Shown: piece by piece, positions 27,334-38,515 of the stretch
How positions within the stretch are numbered: position 1 is the stretch's first letter
Layout of the letters: the number at the start of each line of letters is the position of its first letter
Assembly: GCF_031769215.1 (NCBI RefSeq)
Contig: NW_026781988.1
Span: 310,001 to 374,000 of the forward strand
Direction of reading: 5' to 3'
Source: Ylistrum balloti
Taxonomy: Eukaryota
Length of the DNA: 64,000 bases
The notes under the pieces: generated by a model
Databases searched by the model: none
What the model saw: only the letters and a program-made list of their open reading frames with translations
What the model was told of the DNA's origin: nothing
Program-made: the position numbers and the translations under genes

Positions 27334-27540
27334 TTTCCGCAAAATTTACTTCTTTCAGCAAGACACATGTTCATACATTTGAGCAACAAACCGAACGCCC
27401 CGGGGATAAGCTGTTGTTTCAAAAGTTAACGTGTCAAAATGATGCAGTCTGTCTCTCAGTCATGCTTTCCACAAAGCTATCTTTAAATTTCTTTGCATTT
27501 TCCTAACTTGCCTCTTAGGCTTCAAAATGTACGCCCTTAG

Positions 27541-28616
27541 CATCACTGACGAGTGGTAGAGGGACGAAACAGCTGTATGATGTAGCATCACTGACGACTC
27601 CTAGAAGGACGAAACAGTTGTATGATGTAGCATCACTGACGAGTGGTAGAGGGACGAAACAGCTGTATGATGTAGCATCACTGACGACTCCTAGAGGGAC
27701 GAAACAGCTGTATGATGTAGCATCACTGACGACTCCTAGAAGGACGAAACAGTTGTATGATGTAGCATCACTGACGAGTCCTAGAAGGACAAAACAGCTG
27801 TTTGGTGTAGCATCACTGACGAGTCCTAGAAGGACAAAACAGCTGTTTGGTGTAGCATCACTGACGAGTCTTAGAAGGACGAAACAGTTGTATGATTTAG
27901 CATCACTGACGAGTCCTAGAAGGACGAAACAGCTGTTTGGTGTAGCATCACTGACGAGTCCTAGAAGGACGAAACAGCTGTATGATGTAGCATCACTGAC
28001 GAGTCCTAGAAGGACAAAACAGCTGTTTGGTGTAGCATCACTGACGAGTCCTAGAAGGACAAAACAGCTGTATGATGTAGCATCACTGACGAGTCCTAGA
28101 AGGACGAAACAGCTGTTTGGTGTAGCATCACTGACGAGTCCTAGAAGGACGAAACAGTTGTATGATTTAGCATCACTGACGAGTCCTAGAAGGACGAAAC
28201 AGCTGTTTGGTGTAGCATCACTGACGAGTCCTAGAAGGACGAAACAGCTGTATGATGTAGCATCACTGACGAGTCCTAGAAGGACAAAACAGCTGTTTGG
28301 TGTAGCATCACTGACGAGTCCTAGAAGGACAAAACAGCTGTATGATGTAGCATCACTGACGAGTCCTAGAAGGACGAAACAGTTGTATGATTTAGCATCA
28401 CTGACGAGTCCTAGAAGGACAAAAAAGCTGTATGATGTAGCATCACTGACGAGTCCTAGAAGGACGAAACAGTTGTATGATGTAGCATCACTGACGAGTC
28501 CTAGAATGACGAAACTGTTGTATGATGTAGCATCACTGACGAGTCCTAGAAGGACGAAACAGCTGTTTGGTGTAGCATCACTGACGAGTCCTAGAAGGAC
28601 GAAACAGCTGTATGAT
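27541..28616 (+). ncRNA. Tandem array of 24 x 45-nt hammerhead ribozyme monomers
   Basis: Monomer CAUCA-CUGACGA-GUCC-UAGAA-GGAC-GAAA-CAGCUG-UA^UGAUG-UAG matches the hammerhead consensus (C3UGANGA9, G10.1-C11.1, G12AA, A15.1-U16.1, H17). Eleven monomers have an intact core. Catalytic activity untested. Confidence 0.85.
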
Positions 28617-31479
28617 ACAGTTTGATTAACTGTATGGCTCTACTGTAAATTTGTATCAAAAAGTACTATTCATTTGTGTGTCGTTTGTACAATCTTCGAA
28701 ATATTCATCACTCACGACACCATTTTCTACTAAGAATGACGTACAACGTTCTGTCATCTGCAGTAAAGCCAAGTTCTATTCACATTGAGAAAAGTATGGA
28801 CACAGACGGTTTTCTGAATTCAATGTGATTTTCTTAAAAATTACACTCAATTACATATGATTGAGGGAATGAAAAAATTGGTATGACTTCATACAGACAT
28901 TCTCTGTACTAGCTGTAAGGATAAGAAAAATAGATTACTGCATGTTTGAAACTCTCTGAAATGGATAGTCACTCGCTTGCTATTAAGTGAAGATAATGAG
29001 TGTACAGGTCACCTTACAAGCATAGGATAGTGGGAATGTCTCTTTAGTAGAGTGTCCGGCTACAGAGCACAGGGTCGTTATTTCGGTGGCAAGGTATTTT
29101 TCAATAATCCTTTAAATATCAAATATCGTACCATTTACCATTCCAAAGGTAGAAGCTACAGGATATTGAGATGCTTCCTTGGAGATATTAAGCTTGGGTT
29201 GTTGTTGTCATCGAGGTCGGAGACTTTGTGAAGGAGGAAGTAGTGTAGAGAGAAGTTGAGAATGCAGGGAATTTACCTTTGGTTCAACATTACAGCCTAC
29301 AGACCGAAGGGTCGCTAGGTCGAACGGTCCAACGGTGGCAGATTGTTTTCGTTACTTCCTCCTAGTGGCCGAATGCCGAATTTTTAACACCATGCTACAT
29401 CATATTAGCTGTATAATGCAGTTTAATTCATTGTCTTGTCCTGTCTTACCATATCTTATTTAAATATGTTTTAAACAGTGCCATTAAATGGTGTCTTTGG
29501 CACTGTCTTTCTTTCCATAGTTTACAATTTTATATTAATAATAAATTTTAATTTGTGACTTAACTATTTCATACAATTGTTATTTATGATAAAACGCGGA
29601 ACTATACTACTGGCTGACGTCAGCATTAGGTTAAGCGGTTTAAACGATGTAATCCTGATTTCTTTCTATTGTTTTTAGAGATATTTGAGAACGGAAATAT
29701 GGTTAAAAGAATATGTTACCAAATGTGGTTTACAGTTGATATGAAGCCAGGAGGAAGATAAAAAAAACGGACACCATGGATATTTAAATGGGACCATATT
29801 TAAAGGCTTTTTTTTTTATAAATATACTTGTTTTGTATAATGAACCTTGAGAAAAATACCCTTGTGTCACATTGTTGTGTAATTATATCTCAGTTCCTTG
29901 TTACAGTAAGATAAGGGACATTGTGATTTTTAAATTCCTTTTATCAGTCACCAATCCGAGTCTGGTGTTACAGTCTGGTCTTGCGCATTGGCTCACTGTA
30001 GAGATACACTTTCCAAGCATTTCGAGCGCACATACGCCGGTAAGTGTAAGTCCAATTTCCATTTGTTGTACAAATATCTACCTGTATATATACAGATCCT
30101 TCGGGTGCATTGCTATAGTGTTAGCTGACAATTTATAATGTTATCAACCAAATTGCATTTGAATTCCCAGGGTGGTAATGTTGTCCACGATACATTAAAC
30201 AATATACCTCGAAGTCACCTGAATTTTATACGTAAAGATCGACTGAAAAATTACTCTATACAGTGTTTAATGATCAGCTATAATACAGGGAAGATAAATT
30301 TTACACATACAAAAGAAACGAAGATATTATCATGTATTGGAAAAATGATATTTAAAGCACATATAATTCTGGAAAGTTTAAAGATAAAATGAGTTTTGAT
30401 GATAGGTGCTGCTAGGAAAGGGGTGTGTAGTTCTTGAATATTCCCTTGTATATTTGATCAATACCGCAGTTGTCTTACACTCGGATCTCAATACTGTCTA
30501 GGGACAGGAAGCGTTCTCTGCTGTTAGCCAATTTCTTTTTACTATGCTTACATGAGATACTGATAATTCACTCCGTACAGTCTTTATCATATCTTCCATA
30601 TGCTTTACTCAAATATTATGATCAATTATTCATATACTTCTGTTTAATCCTTGACAGAACGTAATTCAGAAACACAGAATTCATACTTCTCGTTAGATTA
30701 GGTGGTGTGCAGAAAGTTGTTCAATATCGCATATCCAAAAGACACTTCAAGGGAGGAGCGGATGTTTAAGAACGATCAAAAGCATACGGTCGTCATTGTG
30801 AATTCATTTAGAAAAAGTCTATATCCGTGCGCGATATGAAGCTATACGCGTTTGATTCTGCACTGGTTGCGTTGTTGAATACCTTATTCTCGTTTGACAA
30901 CGTGACGTAATTTCTTGAATTGGGCTCGATAAAATATCGGGTGTCGTCGTCGTCGTCTTCTGAAACACATGGTCTTATTCTCCTCATACAATTTTCGCGG
31001 GTTTCCAAGTGATTTTTTTCATATTTTGCCTGGGTTAATAAAATGTATAATCGATTTAGGATTTGAATTGAGCTTCTGTTGACGGAACTATCTTTGTTCT
31101 TTTCGAAAAACTCATCAATGGTCAGATAAACCTGGGTTATCTTGATCTAGATATGTTTTTGCACGCGACATCTGCATTGCGAACAAGGAAGTAGAACGCC
31201 TTATCTGCAAGCACATCCATATATTTATATTCAATCGAAGTGTAAAATTCGACATCTGGATCAGAAAAAATAAACTGGTGAGTTTTTTTAGAATGCCGAA
31301 CTTATTGATTAACCTGCACACGATTTTGGCCATGCTCTACGGTATCCATGAATATCTTCATTGGCGTAGCTCCTCGATATCCTAAAACTTTTAAGATTAT
31401 TTTAGCGCCAAATTTGTGTATGAAGAGGAAAACTGACAAAGTCCGAAATAAAGTTGTTGAAGTCACTGAATTCCACACA

Positions 31480-31487
31480 TGACGTCA
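31480..31487. promoter_or_regulatory. CRE palindrome in the conserved upstream block of DNase I copy A
   Basis: TGACGTCA, conserved at 40495-40502 in copy B within a near-identical ~170-bp block. A candidate short 5' UTR exon donor TG|GTAGGT follows. Confidence 0.45.
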
Positions 31488-31648
31488 CAAGGCGTCAGGG
31501 TCAAGTCCCGGATTGAAGATCACACAACTTAGTTGGTAGGTGGAAGGACTGTGATGGTATCCCTGCTTTCCCTACTTGACACCAACAAGGTTCACGATGG
31601 GTTGGTTTTCTGTTAAGGATGATGATCGATATTATCAATGTTTTTCAG

Positions 31649-34600
31649 ATGAAGCAGATGACGATGTACTTCCGGCTTGTCCTCTTGCTCTCCATAGCTA
31701 CCGTGGGACTGTGTAACCTGAAAATCGCCTCCTTCAACATCAAATGGCTCAGTGTCAACAAACTGTCCAACAACGAAACAATGACTATCATCAAAAAGGC
31801 ACGTGAGAACAGCATCATATTGCGTTGAAAACGTTTCGCATTTTACATTGATCATATCTACAAGTCACAAGACATGACATTCCCTCAGAAGTGACTTTGC
31901 GTCGTCGTTACCTCAAATTCATCTCTTAGAGATACATAATAGAACATCATTAAATAAACAGGGTAAATACACCCCCTTCCTATATTTTACATAATACTTG
32001 TTTAGAACGGTTTGTCAATTTCTTGCTCGTCTCCTGGATTTTTCATTCTTTAACCCCCCTTAACTCCCAGGAATTTTTAATGAAACTGAAGTAAAAATCT
32101 GTCATTTTGCTTCAACATTAATTTTCACCTTTTTCCAGTTTTTGGTAAGCAACCCTTGGATATTTAGAAATATGGGAATACAAGCGTTATAAATTTTAAG
32201 TCTCCATCATCACTGAAGAGTCTTAGAAAGGCTTAACAGCTGAACTATGCTGTATAATCCATGGTATATATCGCTAACTTAAACTAAATTGTAGAAAAGA
32301 ATGATATCCAAATATGTTTCTGTTACATATTACACTTATCCTCAATCTAAAATCATAATGATATTTCAATACTATACCATAACCAAACACAATCTTAACC
32401 TATTTTTGAAATTCCAGACCATGGACTGGACATGAAATAAAAATGCTGTAAATCTGCTATAGGTTATCGAGAGATATGATATAATCTCCATTCTCGAGGT
32501 GAGAGCAGACAATTCCATCCACATGCTGATGCAGAATCTCAACATGTAAGTCACCTTATTACCAAAGTTTTATCTGAAATTCTGGTCTCAAGAAGATACG
32601 CAGACAATCCCATACCTGCATTTACACCATTAAATATCAAAGATGTCGGAGACGATGCCGGTAGCATTGGTATCACTAAAGCAACTTTATTTCTTGCAAA
32701 ATTTCCATAGATAGAACTTTATTCAGAGGTCGACTACAAAACTAACTCGGATGAATTCGTGATTCGAAGGTCAAGGTCAAGGTCATAGTAGCTACATATA
32801 GAAATTTCTCAAGCACTGTATGAATTATAATACTTCCGGTAACGAAGATATATAAGTCCTTCGAACATGGGATTTTCCGGATAGAATGTAAGACTAAAAA
32901 TACTTCATGTGTTTCCAAGCGTTTATAAGATGTCAACATCAAGAGAAAATTCAATGTAAGAAGGTCATTGATATTCGAGATATAATTCGAGATTTTCATA
33001 GATAAATGCGATAGATAATGATTTTTACTATCTTCTATCTGTCGCCTAGGGATAATCGGGATAACCCGTACGGCGTAGTGTTGAGTAAGAAGCTGGGGCA
33101 TAGCGTACATTACACGGAATCGTATGCCATCCTCTTCCGGTAGGTACACACTAGTATTATCACTACGTCACATCGACGGGATCCGAACTTGTGTTGTGCC
33201 AATTATTCAGATCTCTCGAATTAATTTGAATAATTCCGAATGATTGATTGTTTGTATTTTGGTGTAGTAAGTCATAATTGTGTTTTAACGACAGAATAAA
33301 TAACGTGTTTGTACAAGAGGTATATCAGTTCCCGGATCAGGATGACGTATTTGCACGAGAACCATATGCTGTCATGTTCCATTCTCTCGACTCACGTGAG
33401 TGTTACGTTCACGACAAACCATATCTTCCAACAAGATGTCGATAAAAGTACCGTTGATATAACAAAGAACCAAATCTCCAGGTCAGATCGAAGATTTATG
33501 AGTAGTAATTAAATAATAATACATTGAATAAGTTATATTATAATAAAACATCAAGAACCGATATAACACACGCGCACAAACATTCATTTATTCCACAAAC
33601 ACATTTCCACGTGTCTTTATCATGACAACAGCCACTAAGACCTGTTGACCACCATGTTCTCTGGCTGTCTGCCATTGGTGTGTAGTACATTCAATAGTTC
33701 ATATCATAATCAATCATTGAGAGCTGACATACACACTCACAATCACCATAGTCATCCACTCCACACACACATTTCCACATGACCTTATCCTGATGACAAC
33801 TTCTACTACTGGTTGTCAACCATGTTTCTTGGCTCACTACATCTTCTTTCTTCAGGCCCTGCCAACTTTGTGTACATCGTGCTCCATACACAGCCAACAA
33901 ACACCCCCGCTGAGTTGGAACACATGGTATCTGCTTACGACAACATCGCCAATTTCATGGGGAATCAGGTAAAAATCAGGGGAAATATCAAACTTCACCT
34001 CTGTGTGATATAGGCAATGATATCTGACCCAGATAATTCGATAACTATCCGGATTTCCGAATGTTGTCAGTATTTTTTGTATCTTCCCAGAACGCGCTTA
34101 TAGCTGGGGACCTGAATGCTGACTGTCATTACCTATCTCAGACAAGCCACGACCATAACCGTCTCTACACAGACAAACGCTTCACATGGCTCATCGACAG
34201 TGACGTCGACTCCACTGTGTCTACCGGTACCGACTGCGCTTACGACAGGTATCAGTGTTGATGATACTTAGCGAACTCAAACACCGGTCTGATGATGATA
34301 TTTTTTAACTCGCATTATAGATTTATCATATCGCTGATGTTTTTTTAGATATGAAAGTTTGCCGAAAGTACTAAATGGGTTCGATCAAGAGAGATTTACA
34401 CTAAAATTACTTCGACATGATCTCTGTTCCGTCCATTTTGTTAAGGTTACACCAATAGGTTATGCACCTCCAGCGGAGAAGAGTGCTGACAACAATACAC
34501 AGTAAATCATTTCTATTGGGATTTTGAAAATTGTCGATTTATATTTAAACTTCCCTTGGTTGACATAATCGTCTCAATAATACTTGTTTATTGCTTATAT

Positions 34601-35503
34601 GAAATAGGTTCGCTACATAATGTTTTCTTGTCTTACGAAATATCAATAAGGCTTGTTGTAAATACCAACTGCTTATATCAATGTTTAAAAATTTATTTTT
34701 CCATCTCTTCTTGTCATATTTGGGTTTTTTTGTCTTGAATGATGTTATCATTTGTGAGTTGTTGATTTTTTTAAGGATTGGGGGTTGGGGGGGAGGAGCA
34801 TTGTTGTTTCTGTTTTGTTTTGTTTTTGTTTTTGTTTTTTTTTTGTTTGCTTTTGGCAGAAAGATTTTAAAAAATATAAATTTAAGTTCAATTAATTTTT
34901 TATAACAAATTAAGAAAAAAAGTCCTCAACCTGTATTTCTTTCTTTGTAAATATACAGTTCATAATATTTTGAGACTTTGTATATATCAGAAGGTCAGTG
35001 GGAGAATCTGCCTTGAGTCAACCATTTATTACAGGTTCATTGTTGCCGGGGATGAGCTGAAACAGAATATTGTACCAAACAGTGCCCGTGTGTACAACTT
35101 CCAACAGGCCATGAAGCTCACGTACGACCAAGTAAGTATAGCCATATCAAAGGAGGTCACTGTGACCTAATTCTTACAACAGCTGTCGGTAACAAGAAAA
35201 CGTCTTTGTTTATACACAATACAAATCGAAGACTACACTGTTTTTGTTTCTGTATTTTTTAAACGATACATGTAGGTAAAGAAGTGATGTTTACCTTGTC
35301 CAGCCCGGGTCTCGAACTAGCAACATCTCTTTCTCATAACGAGTTTACGGGAAATGCCAACGGTTTGTATTATAAAATTACTACCACCATTCGTTTGTAG
35401 GGAATTAGTTATAAACAAATTTTCGTAAAGCGTCGTTTTTGTTCATCCACAGACCATAACCGTGAGTGACCATTTCCCAATAGAGGTGGAAATCAGGAGC
35501 TGA
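31649..35503 (+). CDS. DNASE1-like: Deoxyribonuclease I family, secreted, copy A, 280 aa
   Basis: Exons 31649-31798, 32463-32545, 33050-33139, 33295-33395, 33856-33968, 34091-34248, 35035-35131, 35453-35503; 843 nt open. Signal peptide, LKIASFNI, RYDI..LEVR, YTESY, FAREP, LHTQP, GDLNADC, CAYDR, SDHFP. Intron positions and phases match vertebrate DNASE1. First intron is GC-AG. Confidence 0.95.
32207..32250 (+). other. Single degenerate hammerhead-family monomer in DNase I A intron 1
   Basis: CATCA-CTGAAGA-GTCT-TAGAA-AGGC-TTAA-CAGCTG. Stem II can still pair; GAAA is replaced by TTAA. Confidence 0.7.
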
Positions 35504-36472
35504 AATAAATGAGAAGAAAGACATTCCTTTCGCAAATCAGTCTGTTCACTGACATGTACATGTAAACACAGCTTATATAAAGAATCCCTTGCTACAAAAC
35601 GATGTTTTTGAGTCGTGTTTTATTTTTAAATATTTTTTTAGATAAAACGTCATATATCACTTAAATTGCCAAAACATCCAAAAATTGTACATAATCTACC
35701 CAAAAAAATGCAAACTGCCCGAAATCCCTAAGAGATCATGTCAAACTTCCATTGACAATATCGTGTCGGTGATGAAATTCCATTTTTCATTCACAGAGAT
35801 TTTATTGAAAGACAAAATGTGTATTGGGCAACTGGCTAAAGTCTCTCCCTCGTAATGCCATTCCATCTTGTTTAGCTGCTTTTTATAGCCGATTTCTGTT
35901 TCTCGTGGCCAAGAAACTTGACTTTTCCATGCAGACATTTCGTTTAGTTTCACCAATAAAAATGCTTGTCGTACTCAATACTTATTCTGAAAATTGTTAA
36001 AGTTTACCGAAAATGAAAGCATCTTTTCTTTGCTTCTCCCTGAAAGAATCGGAGATTTCGATGATGATGTCATGCGAAATGAGATTTACAATTTAACAAT
36101 GGAAAAAAAGTGTCGCAATGTGAAAATTAGACAGGTTAATCCGTTGTAATATTACCACTCTTAAAAATTTTTAAAAAACCAGACAATTAAACTAATAAAC
36201 AATAAGGGGAGGTAATGGAAATACACCCGTTTGCCCACCCGTGATCCAGGAACTATGACAACAGGACTACTGTAAATGTATTTATAAAGGTTTTATTTAA
36301 GAAAGACACGTACAAATAAAATTCACTTAGCAACAAATTACGTGAGAAATGTGTAATTTCTAGCATAATCTTTTTATATCGTGGAAAGTTTGGCTATTTT
36401 TGCGGTTGAATTCCAGTTTTAAAATCTAAAAAAAAAAACATTGAAAAATAGGACGAAGATACCTCAACTCCA

Positions 36473-36967
36473 AGAAACTTCTTCATATCTTTAGCTGTTG
36501 GTCAACATCTAGAAACTTCTTCATATCTTTAGTTGTTTGTCGACGTCTAGAAACATCTTCATATCTTTAGCTGTTTGTCAACTTCTAGAGACATCTTCAT
36601 ACGTTTAGTTGTTTTTCAACGTCTAGAAACATCTTCATATCTTTAGCTGTTTTTCAACTTCTAGAAACATCTTCATATCTTTAGCTGTTTTTCAACTTCT
36701 AGAAACAGCTTCATATCTTTAGTTGTTTGTCAACGTCTAGAAACATCTTCATATCTTTAGCTGTTTGTCAACTTCTAGAAACATCTTCATATCTTTAGCT
36801 GTTTGTCAACTTCTAGAAACATCTTCATATCTTTAGCTGTTTGTCAACTTCTAGAAACATCTTCATATCTTTAGCTGTTTGTCAACTTCTAGAAACATCT
36901 TCATATCTTAAGCTGTTTGTCAACTTCTAGAAACATCTTCATATCTTTAGCTGTTTGTCAACTTCTA
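36473..36967. repeat. 38-bp minisatellite, ~13 copies
   Basis: Unit AGAAACATCTTCATATCTTTAGCTGTTTGTCAACTTCT. Confidence 0.97.
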
Positions 36968-37180
36968 CGTTAATGCCACGAATGAAAAATTTATACTCGA
37001 TGAGAATTTTCTGTCTGGACGTTTTTGTCAATTTCATTTTATCCAATGATTGGTTTGAACGCATAGGAAATTTGGGAAATAAAGCTAAATAAAGCAAATA
37101 AAGGAACGATACAGCGAGTGTTTGTTATAAAATGATGACAATGGCTGTTTGGAACTAATCAGCAAAAAAAAAAAAAAAAA

Positions 37181-38515
37181 TCGTGCGCAAGATACATAAA
37201 TATTTTAGTCATTTACATCATTTAATTCATTACTATATCTAGCTACGGTGAGAGTAATCATATAGTATGGAAACCTATTTAAGGAGAAATATAACATAAA
37301 CCTTGTTATACTGCTTCATTCCAAAAGAGTTCTGTACAAAGAGACTTTTCAAACGTGTACAGTACATTGTGTTACATGCATTATATGATGAAACTTTTAA
37401 AAGTATTTATTGACACATGTAACACTGCAGTGATTATTTGATATTTAACTATTGAAAACATGTACAAACACTATGAGTTGTTGCGTATAAGGGGAGACAA
37501 CGCCGTAGAATATCACTAATGGGTCGGTTAGCCATTGTATCACGTCTTCCAAACATTGTCTTTTACCCGCTTCCTCGACCACAGGTAAAAAAACGATAGT
37601 GTGATTTTCATGTGGGACCGAAGATGTGTTACCCGAAGACAGAAGCATTCTAAGGCACAGGTACTTTAGCACCACAATCCCACAGGGACCTGGCACGAAT
37701 TTCCAACTCTATGGTCCATATTCATGTATTATCAATAAACGGACAGTGAGATTAGGCTTCCAAGCCGAGTCCCTGTGGGTTACGGTATATTACTTGCGAG
37801 AGTTATCTATTTTTTCTTGTAAGATAAAAGCAGTTAATATTCTTCCAGAATAAAACTACAGCAACTTTTTTCGGTAACTGATACAAAGTCTCGTGAACCA
37901 CACGTGGATTGGACGAGAATAGATACCACAGGTGGTCATGTATTGAGTAATCAGTGGTAAACTTATCTATAGAATGTGTTGTTTATAGATGTAAAGTATA
38001 TGTCTACTGAGAAATATCGTCTTATCCCGTTCTAGTACATTTCTTGTATTCTCGTACTTCGGTATTGAAACCTATATAGGAAATACATAGGATTTTTTTA
38101 ACATTAATGTAAGTAGTTCAAAAACAACAGATGTCGAATTCAGTGACATCTAAAACTGTTTTCAATGATTTCTAATTACAAGTATATTCAATGCTATTTA
38201 TGAATAAAATGTGATATTGTGTAATATAGTGATGAAGCGGCAAGACAAGCTGCTTGATGTAAATAAAATATATACATCGTTATCTAAGTCTGATTCGGAT
38301 TACAAACATAGTCGTTTTTAGTACAACATACATACATGTAAATTATGTTATAAAGATCAAAATATCATCATTCTACGTCTGATACATGGGTATTTAACGA
38401 TAGAAACCGAACGTGCTTCTTTTTATAGAAATACTACGCTCATGCACAGGAGTAGCCTACATGCATGGCAGTCAATGCAGGACCACAGCCCATCTGGCTC
38501 CAAGTCTTTCGGGTC
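37181..38515 (+). repeat. ~1.35-kb duplicated block, copy B
   Basis: See 25945-27333. Confidence 0.9.
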
